Positions 1-24,178 of a DNA stretch of 64,000 nucleotides are shown in pieces. A model generated the notes under the pieces. That model did not search any database and had not been told where the DNA came from. It saw only the letters and a list, made by a program, of their open reading frames with translations. Origin of the DNA: Escherichia coli (GTDB lineage: Bacteria; Pseudomonadota; Gammaproteobacteria; Enterobacterales; Enterobacteriaceae); the NCBI RefSeq assembly GCF_003790525.1, contig NZ_CP033635.1. One strand, written 5' to 3'. The stretch's first letter is position 1, and each line of letters starts with the position of its first letter. A program made the translations under genes and the position numbers.

Positions 1-658
1 TCACTAAACGGCCCAATCATAACCAACGGCCCGAGATATTTCGGCTGGCGATGGAGGATTTTCGCATCAATCACCGCGCTGACTCTGGCAAGTTTTTCCC
101 GCAGTTGAGTATATAAACCGTGTTTCATATTCAGGTCTGGCGCGTTAAAACCGATAGCATCGATACCATACTGTTTTGCCAGCCAGATGGCGCGTTGGTT
201 ATGAAATTCTTGCGAGATAATGGTGATATGGTTTTCACTAAACACCTTGTTGGCACGCACCACCGAATCAAGCGTTGAGAATCCGGCATAGTCGCAGAAG
301 ATCACTTTTGCCGGTACGCCTTTAGCGATCAAGGCTTGCTGCATTCCTGACGCTTCATCGTAATTTTTACGTCCATTATCGCCGCTCACCAATAGCCATT
401 TCACTTTTCCGGCGTGGTACAACTCTGCGGCGCTATCAATACGTCGGGTAAAGTAGCGATTACCCGGCCTGGCTCCCAGCAATAAACCCACGTTCCGCGC
501 CGGAACGGCGTTGACATCGCTCCAGGTCAGTTGTTGGCTGGCGTTTACCATAACGCGATCGGCAATAAAAATGGTCGCTCCTGCTATAAGCAACAATAAA
601 CAGCCAATCTTAAGAGTCCGGCGAGAAAAACAAATACGGAGAAGAAGGCGGGGCTGCA
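1..658 (-). CDS. ygjQ: DUF218 family protein YgjQ (partial; 3' end beyond window start)
   Basis: Reverse-strand frame open from the window edge to an ATG at 656-658; translation begins [19 protein letters not shown]...; lies downstream of ygjP as in E. coli gene order. Not in the ORF track because it is truncated by the window edge. Confidence 0.65.
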
Positions 659-735
659 TGGTCGTTATCCTTAACGAAAGGGGGGAGGTCGATTTTAGGC
701 GCTATAGGAAGAAAAAATAACGCCTGACATCATTT

Positions 736-1239
736 TCAGATTTTGTCCTGCCCAAGCGACAACTGCGTTAGCCACAGCCGGGTGTCGAACTCAAGCTGGT
801 GGTACTGCGGCTCCATATGGCAGCACAATTGATAGAACGCTTTGTTATGCTCTTTCTCCTTCAGGTGCGCCAACTCGTGCACCACGATCATGCGCAAAAA
901 CGGTTCCGGCGCGTTGCGAAACACGGTAGCGACGCGGATCTCCGCCTTTGCTTTCAGCTTGCCGCCCTGCACACGCGAAACAGCGGTATGTAACCCGAGC
1001 GCATTTTTCAGCACATGGATCTTGTTGTCATACATCACTTTATTGATCGGCGGGGCATTGCGCAGAAACTGATTTTTAAGATCCTGAGTATATTGCCAGA
1101 GGGCTTTATCGGTGGCGTAGTCGTGTGTTCCCGGATAGCGTTTTGCCAGCACATCGCCCAGACGCTGTTCGTTAATCAGCGTTCGCACCTGGGAAAGTAG
1201 CTGCTCGGGATAACCCTGAAGATAAGTAAGATTGCTCAT
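736..1239 (-). CDS. ygjP: Metal-dependent hydrolase YgjP (WLM/UTP pyrophosphatase family)
   Basis: Track ORF 736..1275; internal start [15 protein letters not shown] gives 167 aa; HELAHLKE zinc-hydrolase-like motif. Confidence 0.8.
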   Translation of the reverse strand: MSNLTYLQGYPEQLLSQVRTLINEQRLGDVLAKRYPGTHDYATDKALWQYTQDLKNQFLRNAPPINKVMYDNKIHVLKNALGLHTAVSRVQGGKLKAKAEIRVATVFRNAPEPFLRMIVVHELAHLKEKEHNKAFYQLCCHMEPQYHQLEFDTRLWLTQLSLGQDKI

Positions 1240-1323
1240 AACCGCCCACGAAAAAGAGAAAAAGGGTATACTCACGCACCCTTTTCAGGGGCAACGTCGA
1301 AATTTTATCATTCAGGAGGGCCG

Positions 1324-2460
1324 ATGAGCCACTTAGACAACGGTTTCCGTTCACTGACACTACAACGTTTTCCGGCGACGGATGACGTTAACCCGCTACA
1401 GGCGTGGGAAGCGGCGGATGAATATTTGCTGCAACAGTTGGACGACACAGAAATCCGCGGCCCGGTGTTGATCCTGAATGATGCCTTTGGTGCGTTAAGT
1501 TGTGCGCTGGCGGAACATAAGCCGTACAGCATTGGCGACTCATACATCAGTGAACTGGCCACGCGCGAGAATTTACGCCTCAACGGGATTGATGAATCGA
1601 GCGTGAAGTTTCTCGACAGCACCGCCGACTACCCGCAACAGCCGGGCGTGGTACTGATCAAAGTACCGAAAACACTGGCGTTGCTGGAACAACAACTGCG
1701 TGCGCTGCGCAAAGTGGTCACGCCGGATACACGTATTATTGCCGGTGCTAAAGCCCGTGACATTCACACCTCCACGCTGGAACTGTTCGAAAAAGTGCTC
1801 GGTCCGACCACCACCACACTGGCATGGAAGAAAGCGCGCCTGATTAACTGCACTTTCAACGAGCCGCCGCTGGTTGATGCACCGCAGACCGTTAGCTGGA
1901 AGCTGGAAGGTACTGACTGGACTATCCACAACCATGCGAATGTCTTCTCCCGCACCGGGCTGGATATTGGCGCGCGCTTCTTTATGCAGCATCTGCCAGA
2001 GAATCTCGAAGGTGAGATTGTCGATCTCGGTTGTGGTAATGGCGTTATTGGTCTGACGCTGCTTGATAAAAACCCGCAGGCGAAAGTGGTGTTTGTCGAT
2101 GAATCGCCGATGGCGGTTGCTTCCAGCCGTTTGAACGTTGAAACCAACATGCCAGAGGCGTTGGATCGCTGCGAGTTTATGATTAACAACGCGCTCTCCG
2201 GCGTGGAGCCTTTCCGCTTTAATGCTGTGCTCTGCAACCCGCCGTTTCATCAGCAACATGCGCTGACCGATAACGTCGCCTGGGAGATGTTCCACCACGC
2301 CCGCCGCTGTCTGAAAATCAACGGCGAGCTGTATATCGTTGCCAACCGTCACCTGGATTACTTCCACAAACTGAAGAAAATTTTCGGCAACTGCACCACC
2401 ATCGCCACGAATAATAAATTTGTGGTGCTGAAAGCAGTGAAGCTGGGGCGTCGTCGGTAA
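1324..2460 (+). CDS. rlmG: 23S rRNA m2G1835 methyltransferase RlmG
   Basis: 378-aa ORF; NPPFH methyltransferase motif and DLGCGNG SAM-binding motif; position between ygjP and fadH. Confidence 0.9.
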   Translation: MSHLDNGFRSLTLQRFPATDDVNPLQAWEAADEYLLQQLDDTEIRGPVLILNDAFGALSCALAEHKPYSIGDSYISELATRENLRLNGIDESSVKFLDSTADYPQQPGVVLIKVPKTLALLEQQLRALRKVVTPDTRIIAGAKARDIHTSTLELFEKVLGPTTTTLAWKKARLINCTFNEPPLVDAPQTVSWKLEGTDWTIHNHANVFSRTGLDIGARFFMQHLPENLEGEIVDLGCGNGVIGLTLLDKNPQAKVVFVDESPMAVASSRLNVETNMPEALDRCEFMINNALSGVEPFRFNAVLCNPPFHQQHALTDNVAWEMFHHARRCLKINGELYIVANRHLDYFHKLKKIFGNCTTIATNNKFVVLKAVKLGRRR

Positions 2461-2577
2461 GATTGGCAGCTACCTGCCAGATAAGGCGTAAACGCCTTAT
2501 CTGGCATACGTTCAGCACATTACCCCCAGGTCGGATAAGACGCGGCAAGCGTCGCATCCGGCACTTCAATGCACAAT
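2461..2577. repeat. REP-like palindromic units in the rlmG-fadH intergenic region
   Basis: gccagataaggcgtaaacgccttatctggc and gtcggataagacgcggcaagcgtcgcatccggcac imperfect palindromes of the REP type. Confidence 0.5.
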
Positions 2578-4623
<2,046 letters not shown>

Positions 4624-4766
4624 TTATGTGGTCGGATGAGTTCTAATTTAGCCGTCGCCGGAGAAAAGGGAAAAGGGGAGTGCGGGGTTTGTGATGGGAT
4701 TCAAAAAGAATACGCCCGTTCGTCATGCCGGACGGCGGTAATACAGTCGTCCGGCATCGGGAAAAA

Positions 4767-14713
<9,947 letters not shown>

Positions 14714-14714
14714 T

Positions 14715-15090
<376 letters not shown>

Positions 15091-15094
15091 AAAG

Positions 15095-16646
<1,552 letters not shown>

Positions 16647-16852
16647 TTAACATCTGTTGTTGTTTTGCACGGTTTTTGTCGGGTATGGATTTGGCGATTG
16701 CTGCGCAAATGCACACTTTCAGGGCAACAACTGCCTGATTTTTGGGCAAGATAATTAACGTTTTCGTATAGTAACAGAGTGAAAGTATTTTAAATCAAGG
16801 GATTAGATTTATGCTTTAATCGCAAATTGCGATCTAAATCAAATTAATCAGT

Positions 16853-16879
16853 TAAAGATAACCGCAGTGGGGCCGACAT
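16853..16879 (+). promoter_or_regulatory. Sigma-28 (FliA) type promoter upstream of aer
   Basis: TAAA at 16853-16856, 15-nt spacer, GCCGACAT at 16872-16879, fitting TAAA-N15-GCCGATAA; about 50 bp upstream of the aer start. Confidence 0.5.
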
Positions 16880-16928
16880 AAACTCTGACAAGAAGTTAAC
16901 AACCATATAACCTGCACAGGACGCGAAC

Positions 16929-18449
16929 ATGTCTTCTCATCCGTATGTCACCCAGCAAAATACCCCGCTGGCGGACGATACCACTCTGATGTCCACTACC
17001 GATCTGCAAAGCTATATCACTCATGCTAATGACACTTTTGTGCAGGTGAGCGGCTTTACCTTGCAAGAGTTACAAGGGCAGCCGCACAACATGGTGCGTC
17101 ACCCGGATATGCCAAAAGCGGCGTTTGCAGATATGTGGTTCACCCTGAAAAAAGGGGAGCCCTGGAGCGGCATCGTGAAAAATCGCCGCAAAAATGGCGA
17201 CCATTATTGGGTGCGGGCCAATGCGGTACCGATGGTGCGCGAGGGAAAAATCAGTGGCTATATGTCGATTCGTACCCGGGCGACGGATGAAGAGATCGCG
17301 GCGGTGGAGCCGCTGTACAAAGCGTTGAACGCCGGACGTACCAGTAAGCGTATTCATAAAGGCCTGGTGGTGCGTAAAGGCTGGCTGGGAAAACTGCCTT
17401 CATTACCGCTTCGCTGGCGGGCGCGTGGCGTGATGACCCTGATGTTTATCTTGCTGGCGGTCATGCTTTGGTTTGTTGCTGCCCCGGTGGTGACGTATAT
17501 CCTCTGTGCGTTAGTGGTATTGTTGGCAAGCGCCTGTTTTGAATGGCAGATTGTCCGCCCGATAGAAAATGTCGCCCGTCAGGCACTGAAGGTGGCGACC
17601 GGAGAGCGTAATAGTGTTGAGCATCTGAATCGCAGCGATGAGCTGGGGCTGACATTACGCGCGGTAGGGCAGCTTGGCCTGATGTGCCGTTGGCTAATTA
17701 ACGATGTCTCAAGCCAGGTGTCCAGTGTCAGAAATGGCAGTGAGACGCTGGCGAAAGGCACCGATGAACTGAACGAACATACCCAGCAGACAGTTGATAA
17801 CGTTCAGCAAACGGTGGCGACCATGAACCAGATGGCGGCGTCGGTGAAACAGAACTCTGCCACGGCGTCGGCTGCTGATAAACTTTCTATCACCGCCAGT
17901 AATGCGGCAGTGCAGGGCGGGGAGGCGATGACTACGGTGATCAAGACAATGGACGATATTGCCGACAGTACCCAGCGCATTGGCACCATTACTTCGCTGA
18001 TTAACGATATTGCGTTTCAGACCAATATTCTGGCCCTGAATGCGGCGGTGGAAGCGGCGCGTGCCGGCGAACAGGGCAAAGGTTTTGCAGTGGTGGCGGG
18101 GGAAGTGCGTCATTTAGCCAGCCGCAGCGCCAATGCTGCCAACGATATTCGCAAGCTGATTGATGCCAGTGCTGATAAGGTGCAATCTGGTTCGCAGCAG
18201 GTACACGCCGCCGGACGGACGATGGAAGATATTGTGGCGCAGGTAAAAAACGTCACCCAGTTGATAGCTCAGATTAGCCATTCAACGCTGGAACAGGCCG
18301 ATGGGCTTTCCAGCCTGACCCGTGCAGTGGATGAGCTTAACCTGATCACCCAGAAAAACGCCGAGTTAGTGGAAGAGAGTGCGCAGGTGTCGGCGATGGT
18401 GAAACACCGCGCCAGCCGACTGGAAGACGCGGTGACGGTGCTGCATTAA
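16929..18449 (+). CDS. aer: Aerotaxis receptor Aer (PAS-FAD sensor with MCP signalling domain)
   Basis: 506-aa ORF; N-terminal PAS region, central hydrophobic hairpin, C-terminal methyl-accepting domain. Confidence 0.9.
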   Translation: MSSHPYVTQQNTPLADDTTLMSTTDLQSYITHANDTFVQVSGFTLQELQGQPHNMVRHPDMPKAAFADMWFTLKKGEPWSGIVKNRRKNGDHYWVRANAVPMVREGKISGYMSIRTRATDEEIAAVEPLYKALNAGRTSKRIHKGLVVRKGWLGKLPSLPLRWRARGVMTLMFILLAVMLWFVAAPVVTYILCALVVLLASACFEWQIVRPIENVARQALKVATGERNSVEHLNRSDELGLTLRAVGQLGLMCRWLINDVSSQVSSVRNGSETLAKGTDELNEHTQQTVDNVQQTVATMNQMAASVKQNSATASAADKLSITASNAAVQGGEAMTTVIKTMDDIADSTQRIGTITSLINDIAFQTNILALNAAVEAARAGEQGKGFAVVAGEVRHLASRSANAANDIRKLIDASADKVQSGSQQVHAAGRTMEDIVAQVKNVTQLIAQISHSTLEQADGLSSLTRAVDELNLITQKNAELVEESAQVSAMVKHRASRLEDAVTVLH

Positions 18450-18477
18450 TCGGTATGCCGGATCCGGCAATCGGTGA

Positions 18478-19101
18478 TTAATCCAGTTGCGTAATATCAA
18501 AAGCGGCGCGGTCGATCACCGCAATGATCTTTTTTATTTGTGCATCAGTGATATCGCTCTGGTTGACGCGTAAATCCAGCACCGCTTTAAAATTATCCAG
18601 CGCCCGCTTCATTTGCGGGTTCTGGCGCAGCGCAGCGCCAACGCAACGCGATTTGATGCGTTCTTCAATCATCTCTACCTGTTCGCGGTTTTCTTCCAGC
18701 CACTGCGCGCCTTGTTCGGTCAGCGCAATCTGCTTCTTACCACCTTCCTCTTCGCGAATGGTAATCAGCGACTGCTCCTGCAGAAAATCCAGCGTTGGGT
18801 AGATGACGCCCGGGCTTGGGGTGTAATTCCCCTGGGTTAGATTCTCAATCGCTTTAATCAATTCGTAACCGTGGCTGTCATCGCGCGAGAGAATATCCAG
18901 AATCACCAGACGTAATTCACCGTGACCAAAGAAACGTTGCCGACGACCGCCGCCGCGACCGTGGCGACCACCGCAGCATTGACCGTGTTCATGCTGGTGA
19001 CCGTGTCCGCAGTGCTCGTGTTCTGACTTCTCACCTTTGCAGCAGCCCTCATGGCGTGGCTGGCCTTCATGTTTACAACACCCTTCGTGATGATGGCTCA
19101 T
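18478..19101 (-). CDS. yqjI: PadR-family metal-responsive regulator YqjI
   Basis: 207-aa ORF with His/Cys-rich N-terminus (MSHHHEGCCKHEG...) and PadR-like winged helix; divergent from yqjH. Confidence 0.85.
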   Translation of the reverse strand: MSHHHEGCCKHEGQPRHEGCCKGEKSEHEHCGHGHQHEHGQCCGGRHGRGGGRRQRFFGHGELRLVILDILSRDDSHGYELIKAIENLTQGNYTPSPGVIYPTLDFLQEQSLITIREEEGGKKQIALTEQGAQWLEENREQVEMIEERIKSRCVGAALRQNPQMKRALDNFKAVLDLRVNQSDITDAQIKKIIAVIDRAAFDITQLD

Positions 19102-19387
19102 ATCAGCCTCCTTTTGCTTAATTAGATATATCTAATTTATATCTGATATGAGCACTCTTGCAAGAATAAAAATGATTTTTAAATGTGGCTCATCTCACAC
19201 GTAGGCCGGATAAGGCGTTCACGCCGCATCCGACATTGAGCAATGATGCTTGATAAGAGGTTGCGCGTCTTATCAGACTACAGATATATCAGTTCTACAA
19301 ATCGCTTGCATTTATCATGATTAACAATCATTATCATTTACGAAAATTATTTAGATATATCTGATTACTATCACGAAGGCGATAACA
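19102..19387. promoter_or_regulatory. yqjI-yqjH divergent control region with a Fur-box-like site and palindromic operator candidates
   Basis: Perfect 14-bp palindrome ttagatatatctaa at 19122-19135; near-copy ttagatatatctga at 19351-19364; Fur-box-like atgattaacaatcattatc at 19317-19335; REP-like gtaggccggataaggcgttcacgccgcatccgac in between. Confidence 0.5.
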
Positions 19388-20152
19388 ATGAATAACTCCC
19401 CCCGCTACCCGCAGCGCGTTCGCAATGATCTGCGCTTCCGTGAACTGACTGTGTTACGCGTTGAGCGCATCAGCGCCGGTTTTCAGCGCATTGTCCTCGG
19501 CGGCGAGGCGCTGGACGGTTTTACGTCGCGCGGCTTTGACGATCACAGCAAACTCTTCTTTCCTCAACCTGACGCTCACTTTGTGCCGCCAACGGTAACG
19601 GAAGAGGGCATCGTCTGGCCGGAAGGACCACGCCCACCGTCGCGTGACTATACGCCGCTGTATGACGAACTACGCCATGAACTGGCGATCGATTTCTTTA
19701 TTCACGACGGTGGGGTCGCCAGCGGCTGGGCGATGCAGGCGAAACCGGGCGATAAACTTACGGTGGCAGGTCCGCGCGGTTCGCTGGTGGTGCCGGAAGA
19801 TTACGCGTATCAGCTGTATGTCTGCGATGAATCCGGAATGCCCGCACTGCGCCGCCGCCTGGAAACGTTGAGCAAACTTGCCGTTAAACCGCAAGTTAGT
19901 GCGCTGGTTAGCGTGCGGGATAACGCCTGTCAGGATTATCTCGCGCACCTTGATGGTTTTAATATCGAATGGCTGGCACATGATGAGCAGGCGGTAGATG
20001 CGCGTCTGGCGCAGATGCAAATCCCTGCCGATGATTACTTCATCTGGATAACCGGCGAAGGCAAAGTCGTTAAGAATTTAAGCCGCCGCTTTGAAGCGGA
20101 ACAGTATGACCCACAGCGGGTACGTGCAGCGGCTTACTGGCACGCAAAGTAA
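19388..20152 (+). CDS. yqjH: NADPH-dependent ferric-siderophore reductase YqjH (NfeF)
   Basis: 254-aa ORF; siderophore-interacting FAD-binding family; conserved position. Confidence 0.85.
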   Translation: MNNSPRYPQRVRNDLRFRELTVLRVERISAGFQRIVLGGEALDGFTSRGFDDHSKLFFPQPDAHFVPPTVTEEGIVWPEGPRPPSRDYTPLYDELRHELAIDFFIHDGGVASGWAMQAKPGDKLTVAGPRGSLVVPEDYAYQLYVCDESGMPALRRRLETLSKLAVKPQVSALVSVRDNACQDYLAHLDGFNIEWLAHDEQAVDARLAQMQIPADDYFIWITGEGKVVKNLSRRFEAEQYDPQRVRAAAYWHAK

Positions 20153-20172
20153 CTGATATATATAAAGAAAAA

Positions 20173-20198
20173 GGCTGACGATTTCTCGTCAGCCTTTG
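20173..20198. terminator. Hairpin terminator after yqjH, also downstream of the tRNA remnant
   Basis: ggctgacg-atttct-cgtcagcc followed by tttgct. Confidence 0.5.
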
Positions 20199-20205
20199 CT
20201 ATGTC

Positions 20206-20252
20206 TGGTGGCCCCTGCTGGACTTGAACCAGCGACCAAGCGATTATGAGTC
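20206..20252 (-). tRNA. ileX: 3'-terminal 47 nt of a tRNA-Ile (ileX-type) gene; truncated tRNA remnant serving as island att core
   Basis: tggtggcccctgctggacttgaaccagcgaccaagcgattatgagtc is the reverse complement of a tRNA 3' half (T-arm, acceptor stem, CCA); similarity to tRNA stops abruptly at 20253. Confidence 0.7.
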
Positions 20253-20448
20253 ATGAGGCAAGTTCGTTCTATATTGTTTTTGTTTGTTCGTGATTGCTTT
20301 ATTAGTTGTTTGTAATCAATAAATTATGTGATTTTCCCTGTCTCCGCTTGGTTCCGTTTTTTCTTCATTGTACGATCGTTACCTGACCCATTACCTGACC
20401 CAAAATCACGAGTTATTCTGATTGTTACTGGTTTAGAAAAGAGGTTCT

Positions 20449-21765
20449 ATGGCCGTCAATCTTACTGAAACAGCCATCCGAGCATTGAAAGCAAAAAAGA
20501 CATCGTTCTATGTCTGGAGCAACAGCTCTCAACGTGGCACTGGACGACTTGGTGTCAAAGTTCAGCCTTCTGGCAGCAAGATTTTCTATTTCCGCTATTA
20601 CGTGGAAAAAGGGAAAAAAGAAAGATTCATTCAATTGGGTATATGGCCTGAGATGAAACTGGCCACAGCGAATGAACTGACAAAAAAGTATGGTGCCTGG
20701 CTCATTGAAGGAAAGGATCCCCAGGCAGAACTGGAACGACAACAGTTTGCAGAACAGCAGCGGATACAACTCCATCAATCACAGGGCTCATTTGAAGCAT
20801 TGATTCATGGTTATGTTAACAAAATGAAAATTGATAATAAGAGGACATGGCAGGATGTTCTGAAACGCCTTGAAAATGAATGCTATACAGTGATCCCCCG
20901 TGAAACTAAAGCTAAAGATGTGACTTCCGGACAGATTAAACATATCCTGGCCGGGATCATTCAGCGCGGTGCTGTGGTTCACTCTAACCGGATCCGTTCT
21001 TACCTGATGGCTGCATTTAACTATGGACTGAAAGCAGATAACGATCCGATGAACACAAGTGTAGGGATTACTTTTGGGCTGGAGGCAAATCCGGTGTCAG
21101 TGATACCGAAACAGTCATCTGCTGAAAAAGTCGGTGATACCTGGCTGACACTTGAAGAGTTGCGTTTTCTAATGGAACATTTTGCTGAAGCAACCAACGT
21201 TGGATTATTGATGCAACATTTGATCCGATTCTGTATCTATACCGGAGGGCAACGTCCTTTCGAAATGATCGCCAGTCAGTGGTGTGATGTTGATTTTCAA
21301 CAAAAAACGCTGCTGGTGACTGCTGATGTCTCTAAAAATAAACGAGAGCATTTGATACCGTTGACTGAATCAGCATTACAGGAATTATCCTGTGTGCAGG
21401 AGTTAACAAAAGAAAAATCCAGCCCTTACATTTTTCCACTTTCGACTAATGGTAAGCGTCCGGTTCGTACGGACAGTCTGGCTCGCGCTATCATGTATTT
21501 CCGGGCTTTTAATCCTGACTTTAAAATTTTTACAGCACGTGACTTACGTCGGACCTGTAAAACGTTAATGGGAGAAGCTGGGATCAGTAAGGAAATCCGC
21601 GATCGTATTCAAAATCATGCGTTGAACGATGTCAGTTCAAAACATTATGATCGATACGATTATTTGCCAGAAAAACGCAGAGCACTTGAGATCTGGGAGG
21701 ACCGGGTTAATAACTATCAACAGCAAACAGGCAATAATGTTGTCAATCTGTTTGGCAGAAGGTGA
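20449..21765 (+). CDS. P4-type tyrosine integrase
   Basis: 438-aa ORF; C-terminal catalytic region with R...HxxR...Y arrangement (ARDLRRTCKTLM, HALNDVSSKHYDRYDY); directly adjacent to the tRNA fragment. Confidence 0.9.
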   Translation: MAVNLTETAIRALKAKKTSFYVWSNSSQRGTGRLGVKVQPSGSKIFYFRYYVEKGKKERFIQLGIWPEMKLATANELTKKYGAWLIEGKDPQAELERQQFAEQQRIQLHQSQGSFEALIHGYVNKMKIDNKRTWQDVLKRLENECYTVIPRETKAKDVTSGQIKHILAGIIQRGAVVHSNRIRSYLMAAFNYGLKADNDPMNTSVGITFGLEANPVSVIPKQSSAEKVGDTWLTLEELRFLMEHFAEATNVGLLMQHLIRFCIYTGGQRPFEMIASQWCDVDFQQKTLLVTADVSKNKREHLIPLTESALQELSCVQELTKEKSSPYIFPLSTNGKRPVRTDSLARAIMYFRAFNPDFKIFTARDLRRTCKTLMGEAGISKEIRDRIQNHALNDVSSKHYDRYDYLPEKRRALEIWEDRVNNYQQQTGNNVVNLFGRR

Positions 21766-21894
21766 GGGAGTTCCTGGTTGCTGTACGAATTGTGTACAAT
21801 TGATGGGTATTGTTGATGCACTTGGTTCTTGTATTGTTTACTATAATTATTGAGGTAAATTTTCGTGCCGGTATTACTCAGAGGGGATTCAAAA

Positions 21895-22491
21895 ATGGCT
21901 GTAATTCCAATGTCTTACTCCCCTGCTACTGTAGCTCGTCGTTTTTCGATACTGGATGGAGTAACTATTCAGGGCGTGCTTTACCAGATCATCTGGGATC
22001 CAAAGACTCCGTTTGCTGCGGTAATCGAAGCTGCACCTTCTGTTATTGATGGTGATGTTCGCCATAAGGTTGTTGCCACTCTGGAGCTTCAGCGTCGTCC
22101 CCGGCTTGAAGGCGTGTTTGTCCAGAAATTCTGGGAAGAACAGGATGTTGCTCAGATTGAAGGGATTGTTGTCGATGGCGCTGTACGTGATGTTGGTCTT
22201 GCAACGTTTGTTTATGAAACGATAGTCACAAAAGCGGGCGTTGTACTATTAAGTGATAACGAGCAATATGAAGGAGGTAAAGCTCTCTGGCAGCATATTG
22301 CGCGTCGTTCAACGAATCTGAAGGTGTTTATTTTAGATACTGATTCCGCACGGTATTACCCGTTTGATGGCGAACGGATCAGTTATGACGGGAAAAGCAT
22401 CCCGGAATCAGAAATCTGGAGTGAACATCCTGAGCGAAACAGACACGCTGTCGTTCTTGTGGCTGAATCTGTTAATGGTAAAGCCGCATAA
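21895..22491 (+). CDS. Hypothetical protein (198 aa), integrase-proximal cargo
   Basis: Track ORF 21865..22491; ATG at 21895 preceded by AGAGGGGA RBS. Weak resemblance to GNAT motif A (VVDGAVRDVGLATFVYE) is not conclusive. Confidence 0.4.
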   Translation: MAVIPMSYSPATVARRFSILDGVTIQGVLYQIIWDPKTPFAAVIEAAPSVIDGDVRHKVVATLELQRRPRLEGVFVQKFWEEQDVAQIEGIVVDGAVRDVGLATFVYETIVTKAGVVLLSDNEQYEGGKALWQHIARRSTNLKVFILDTDSARYYPFDGERISYDGKSIPESEIWSEHPERNRHAVVLVAESVNGKAA

Positions 22492-22538
22492 TTTGCTGAG
22501 TGTCTCATTTTTTGAGATCTTGCTGGAAAGTCTCCTTT

Positions 22539-22561
22539 GGGGATAGCGAACTGCTATCCCC
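22539..22561. terminator. Bidirectional hairpin between convergent cargo genes
   Basis: ggggatagc-gaact-gctatcccc perfect 9-bp inverted repeat between stops at 22491 (+) and 22574 (-). Confidence 0.45.
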
Positions 22562-22573
22562 TTTCTCAGTGAG

Positions 22574-24178
22574 TTACTGTTCGACCAGACATTTTCCCCA
22601 TAAAGGTCGTATCGAGTATCTATCTTCGCTATATGGATTTATTTTATTTTTTTCCCTCTGTGCTATCAGCAACGTGTCGATCTCATCCTTAATAATGTGT
22701 TGAACTGCTTGACGGTAACGGTTAAGCGAAGTGTCACTGATATCTTGTGGAAGTTGTAGACTGCCATCTGCCTTGACAAGTTCATTTACACCATCTTTAA
22801 TTCTGCGTCCCTGACCATCAGGTATACCTTCATTCAGATCATAGCCTTTTAGTCCTGCAAGACGAATATTCACGTCAATCTTTTCTGTACGTATCTTTTT
22901 GTTACTTACCAACAGAATTTTATTGGCGTTATACCATTTTTCAAATATTTCCAGTTGTTTCATGATGTTTGTGAAGTTATTCAGTTCGCTCCTGAATTCA
23001 ATAGATTTTCTAATTTTACGCTCTTTTGCATCAATGTTTATTCCTGGATAATTTATTTCCATTTTTAACGGTTCTGTGTATGCCTGTTGCAGGCAATCAG
23101 CAAGATTCATTGCTGCATCCTGCAGGGTATTGGTATAAATCAGTTTCAGAAGTTCATCACGCTGTATAGTGATTTGACAATAGTCTTTTTCCCATGCGGT
23201 GGTGTTTTCAATCGTGTCACTTTCATCGGAAATAATTGTTGTGAACTTCCAGGTGTAACGAATAAAATCATTTCCTTTAAAATATTGCACTAATTTATTT
23301 AACCATTCATATATTTCCAGAGCATAAAGTTTAACGTATCCATCATATATTATCTTTGTTGCATTTTTGTTGGCTAGCGAAAACATTTTGTCCACGAATT
23401 CTGTACGCCCGATTGTTAGCAATTGTTTTCTAAGTTTACTCACATCGTTAGTATCTGGTTTCTCACAATTCCAGGGACTTTTGTATTCATTTTCAAAAGG
23501 AGAAAGCCATTCAGGAATCTCTGTTTCTGAGTGATAGCAGTTGTTAATAGCCAAACCAAGGGTTCTGGCAAGTATCGCTGATTCATCAATTTGATGGTAT
23601 CGGTTCAGTTGTTCCAGTAATTCTTTAGTACATGAGTGCGCAACAGAAAGATCCTGATGGCAATATCCTTGTCGAACCAGAGCGGGAAGTGGTGAGCAAT
23701 GAGCTTTACAATCTGTCAGAATATTGAACAAATCGTTTCTGACGAATTCTTCCATCTCAGGTGTTTTCCAGCCACCACTATTTTGGCCGACAAATTTTGC
23801 TGTTGGTTCCCTGTTCATATCTCCCCAGGTTTTCAGGCTGACGAGTCTGTTATCAAAACCATTGTATAAATGGCACATAACCTGAAAAGCAGCATACAGA
23901 TCTTTAGATAGTGGATTATCGGTCTCACTTATGGAGTAGTTCTCTCTGTTTTTCTCTAAAATACTTTGGAGTTTTGTGTTAGCGCGTAATGCCGAGAGAA
24001 TCCGATGTTGTTCATCAAACCAAGGACGATATTCTGGATCCAGATACAATCTGCGTGCTTTGAAAATGAGTAGAAGCAACTGTTCGGAAACAGCTTCATG
24101 TATGTGGGGAAACGGCATGGAGGTGCCGGATAAAACACGATAGTACGGGTGGTTTGTTTTTACCTTTTTAGTTACCAT
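22574..24178 (-). CDS. Hypothetical 534-aa protein, low GC; candidate phage-defence or abortive-infection protein
   Basis: Long uninterrupted ORF in an AT-rich block between integrase and alpA; no motif I can assign confidently. Confidence 0.5.
   Translation of the reverse strand: MVTKKVKTNHPYYRVLSGTSMPFPHIHEAVSEQLLLLIFKARRLYLDPEYRPWFDEQHRILSALRANTKLQSILEKNRENYSISETDNPLSKDLYAAFQVMCHLYNGFDNRLVSLKTWGDMNREPTAKFVGQNSGGWKTPEMEEFVRNDLFNILTDCKAHCSPLPALVRQGYCHQDLSVAHSCTKELLEQLNRYHQIDESAILARTLGLAINNCYHSETEIPEWLSPFENEYKSPWNCEKPDTNDVSKLRKQLLTIGRTEFVDKMFSLANKNATKIIYDGYVKLYALEIYEWLNKLVQYFKGNDFIRYTWKFTTIISDESDTIENTTAWEKDYCQITIQRDELLKLIYTNTLQDAAMNLADCLQQAYTEPLKMEINYPGINIDAKERKIRKSIEFRSELNNFTNIMKQLEIFEKWYNANKILLVSNKKIRTEKIDVNIRLAGLKGYDLNEGIPDGQGRRIKDGVNELVKADGSLQLPQDISDTSLNRYRQAVQHIIKDEIDTLLIAQREKNKINPYSEDRYSIRPLWGKCLVEQ

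Noticed and set aside
511-720. 69-aa plus-strand ORF at the ygjQ start
   Set aside because: Overlaps the ygjQ 5' end on the opposite strand; Arg/Lys-rich translation looks like a chance frame.
1573-2367. 264-aa minus-strand ORF inside rlmG, and similar antisense ORFs inside fadH (3256..4203) and ygjK (5781..7100)
   Set aside because: Antisense to strongly supported conserved genes; no independent evidence.
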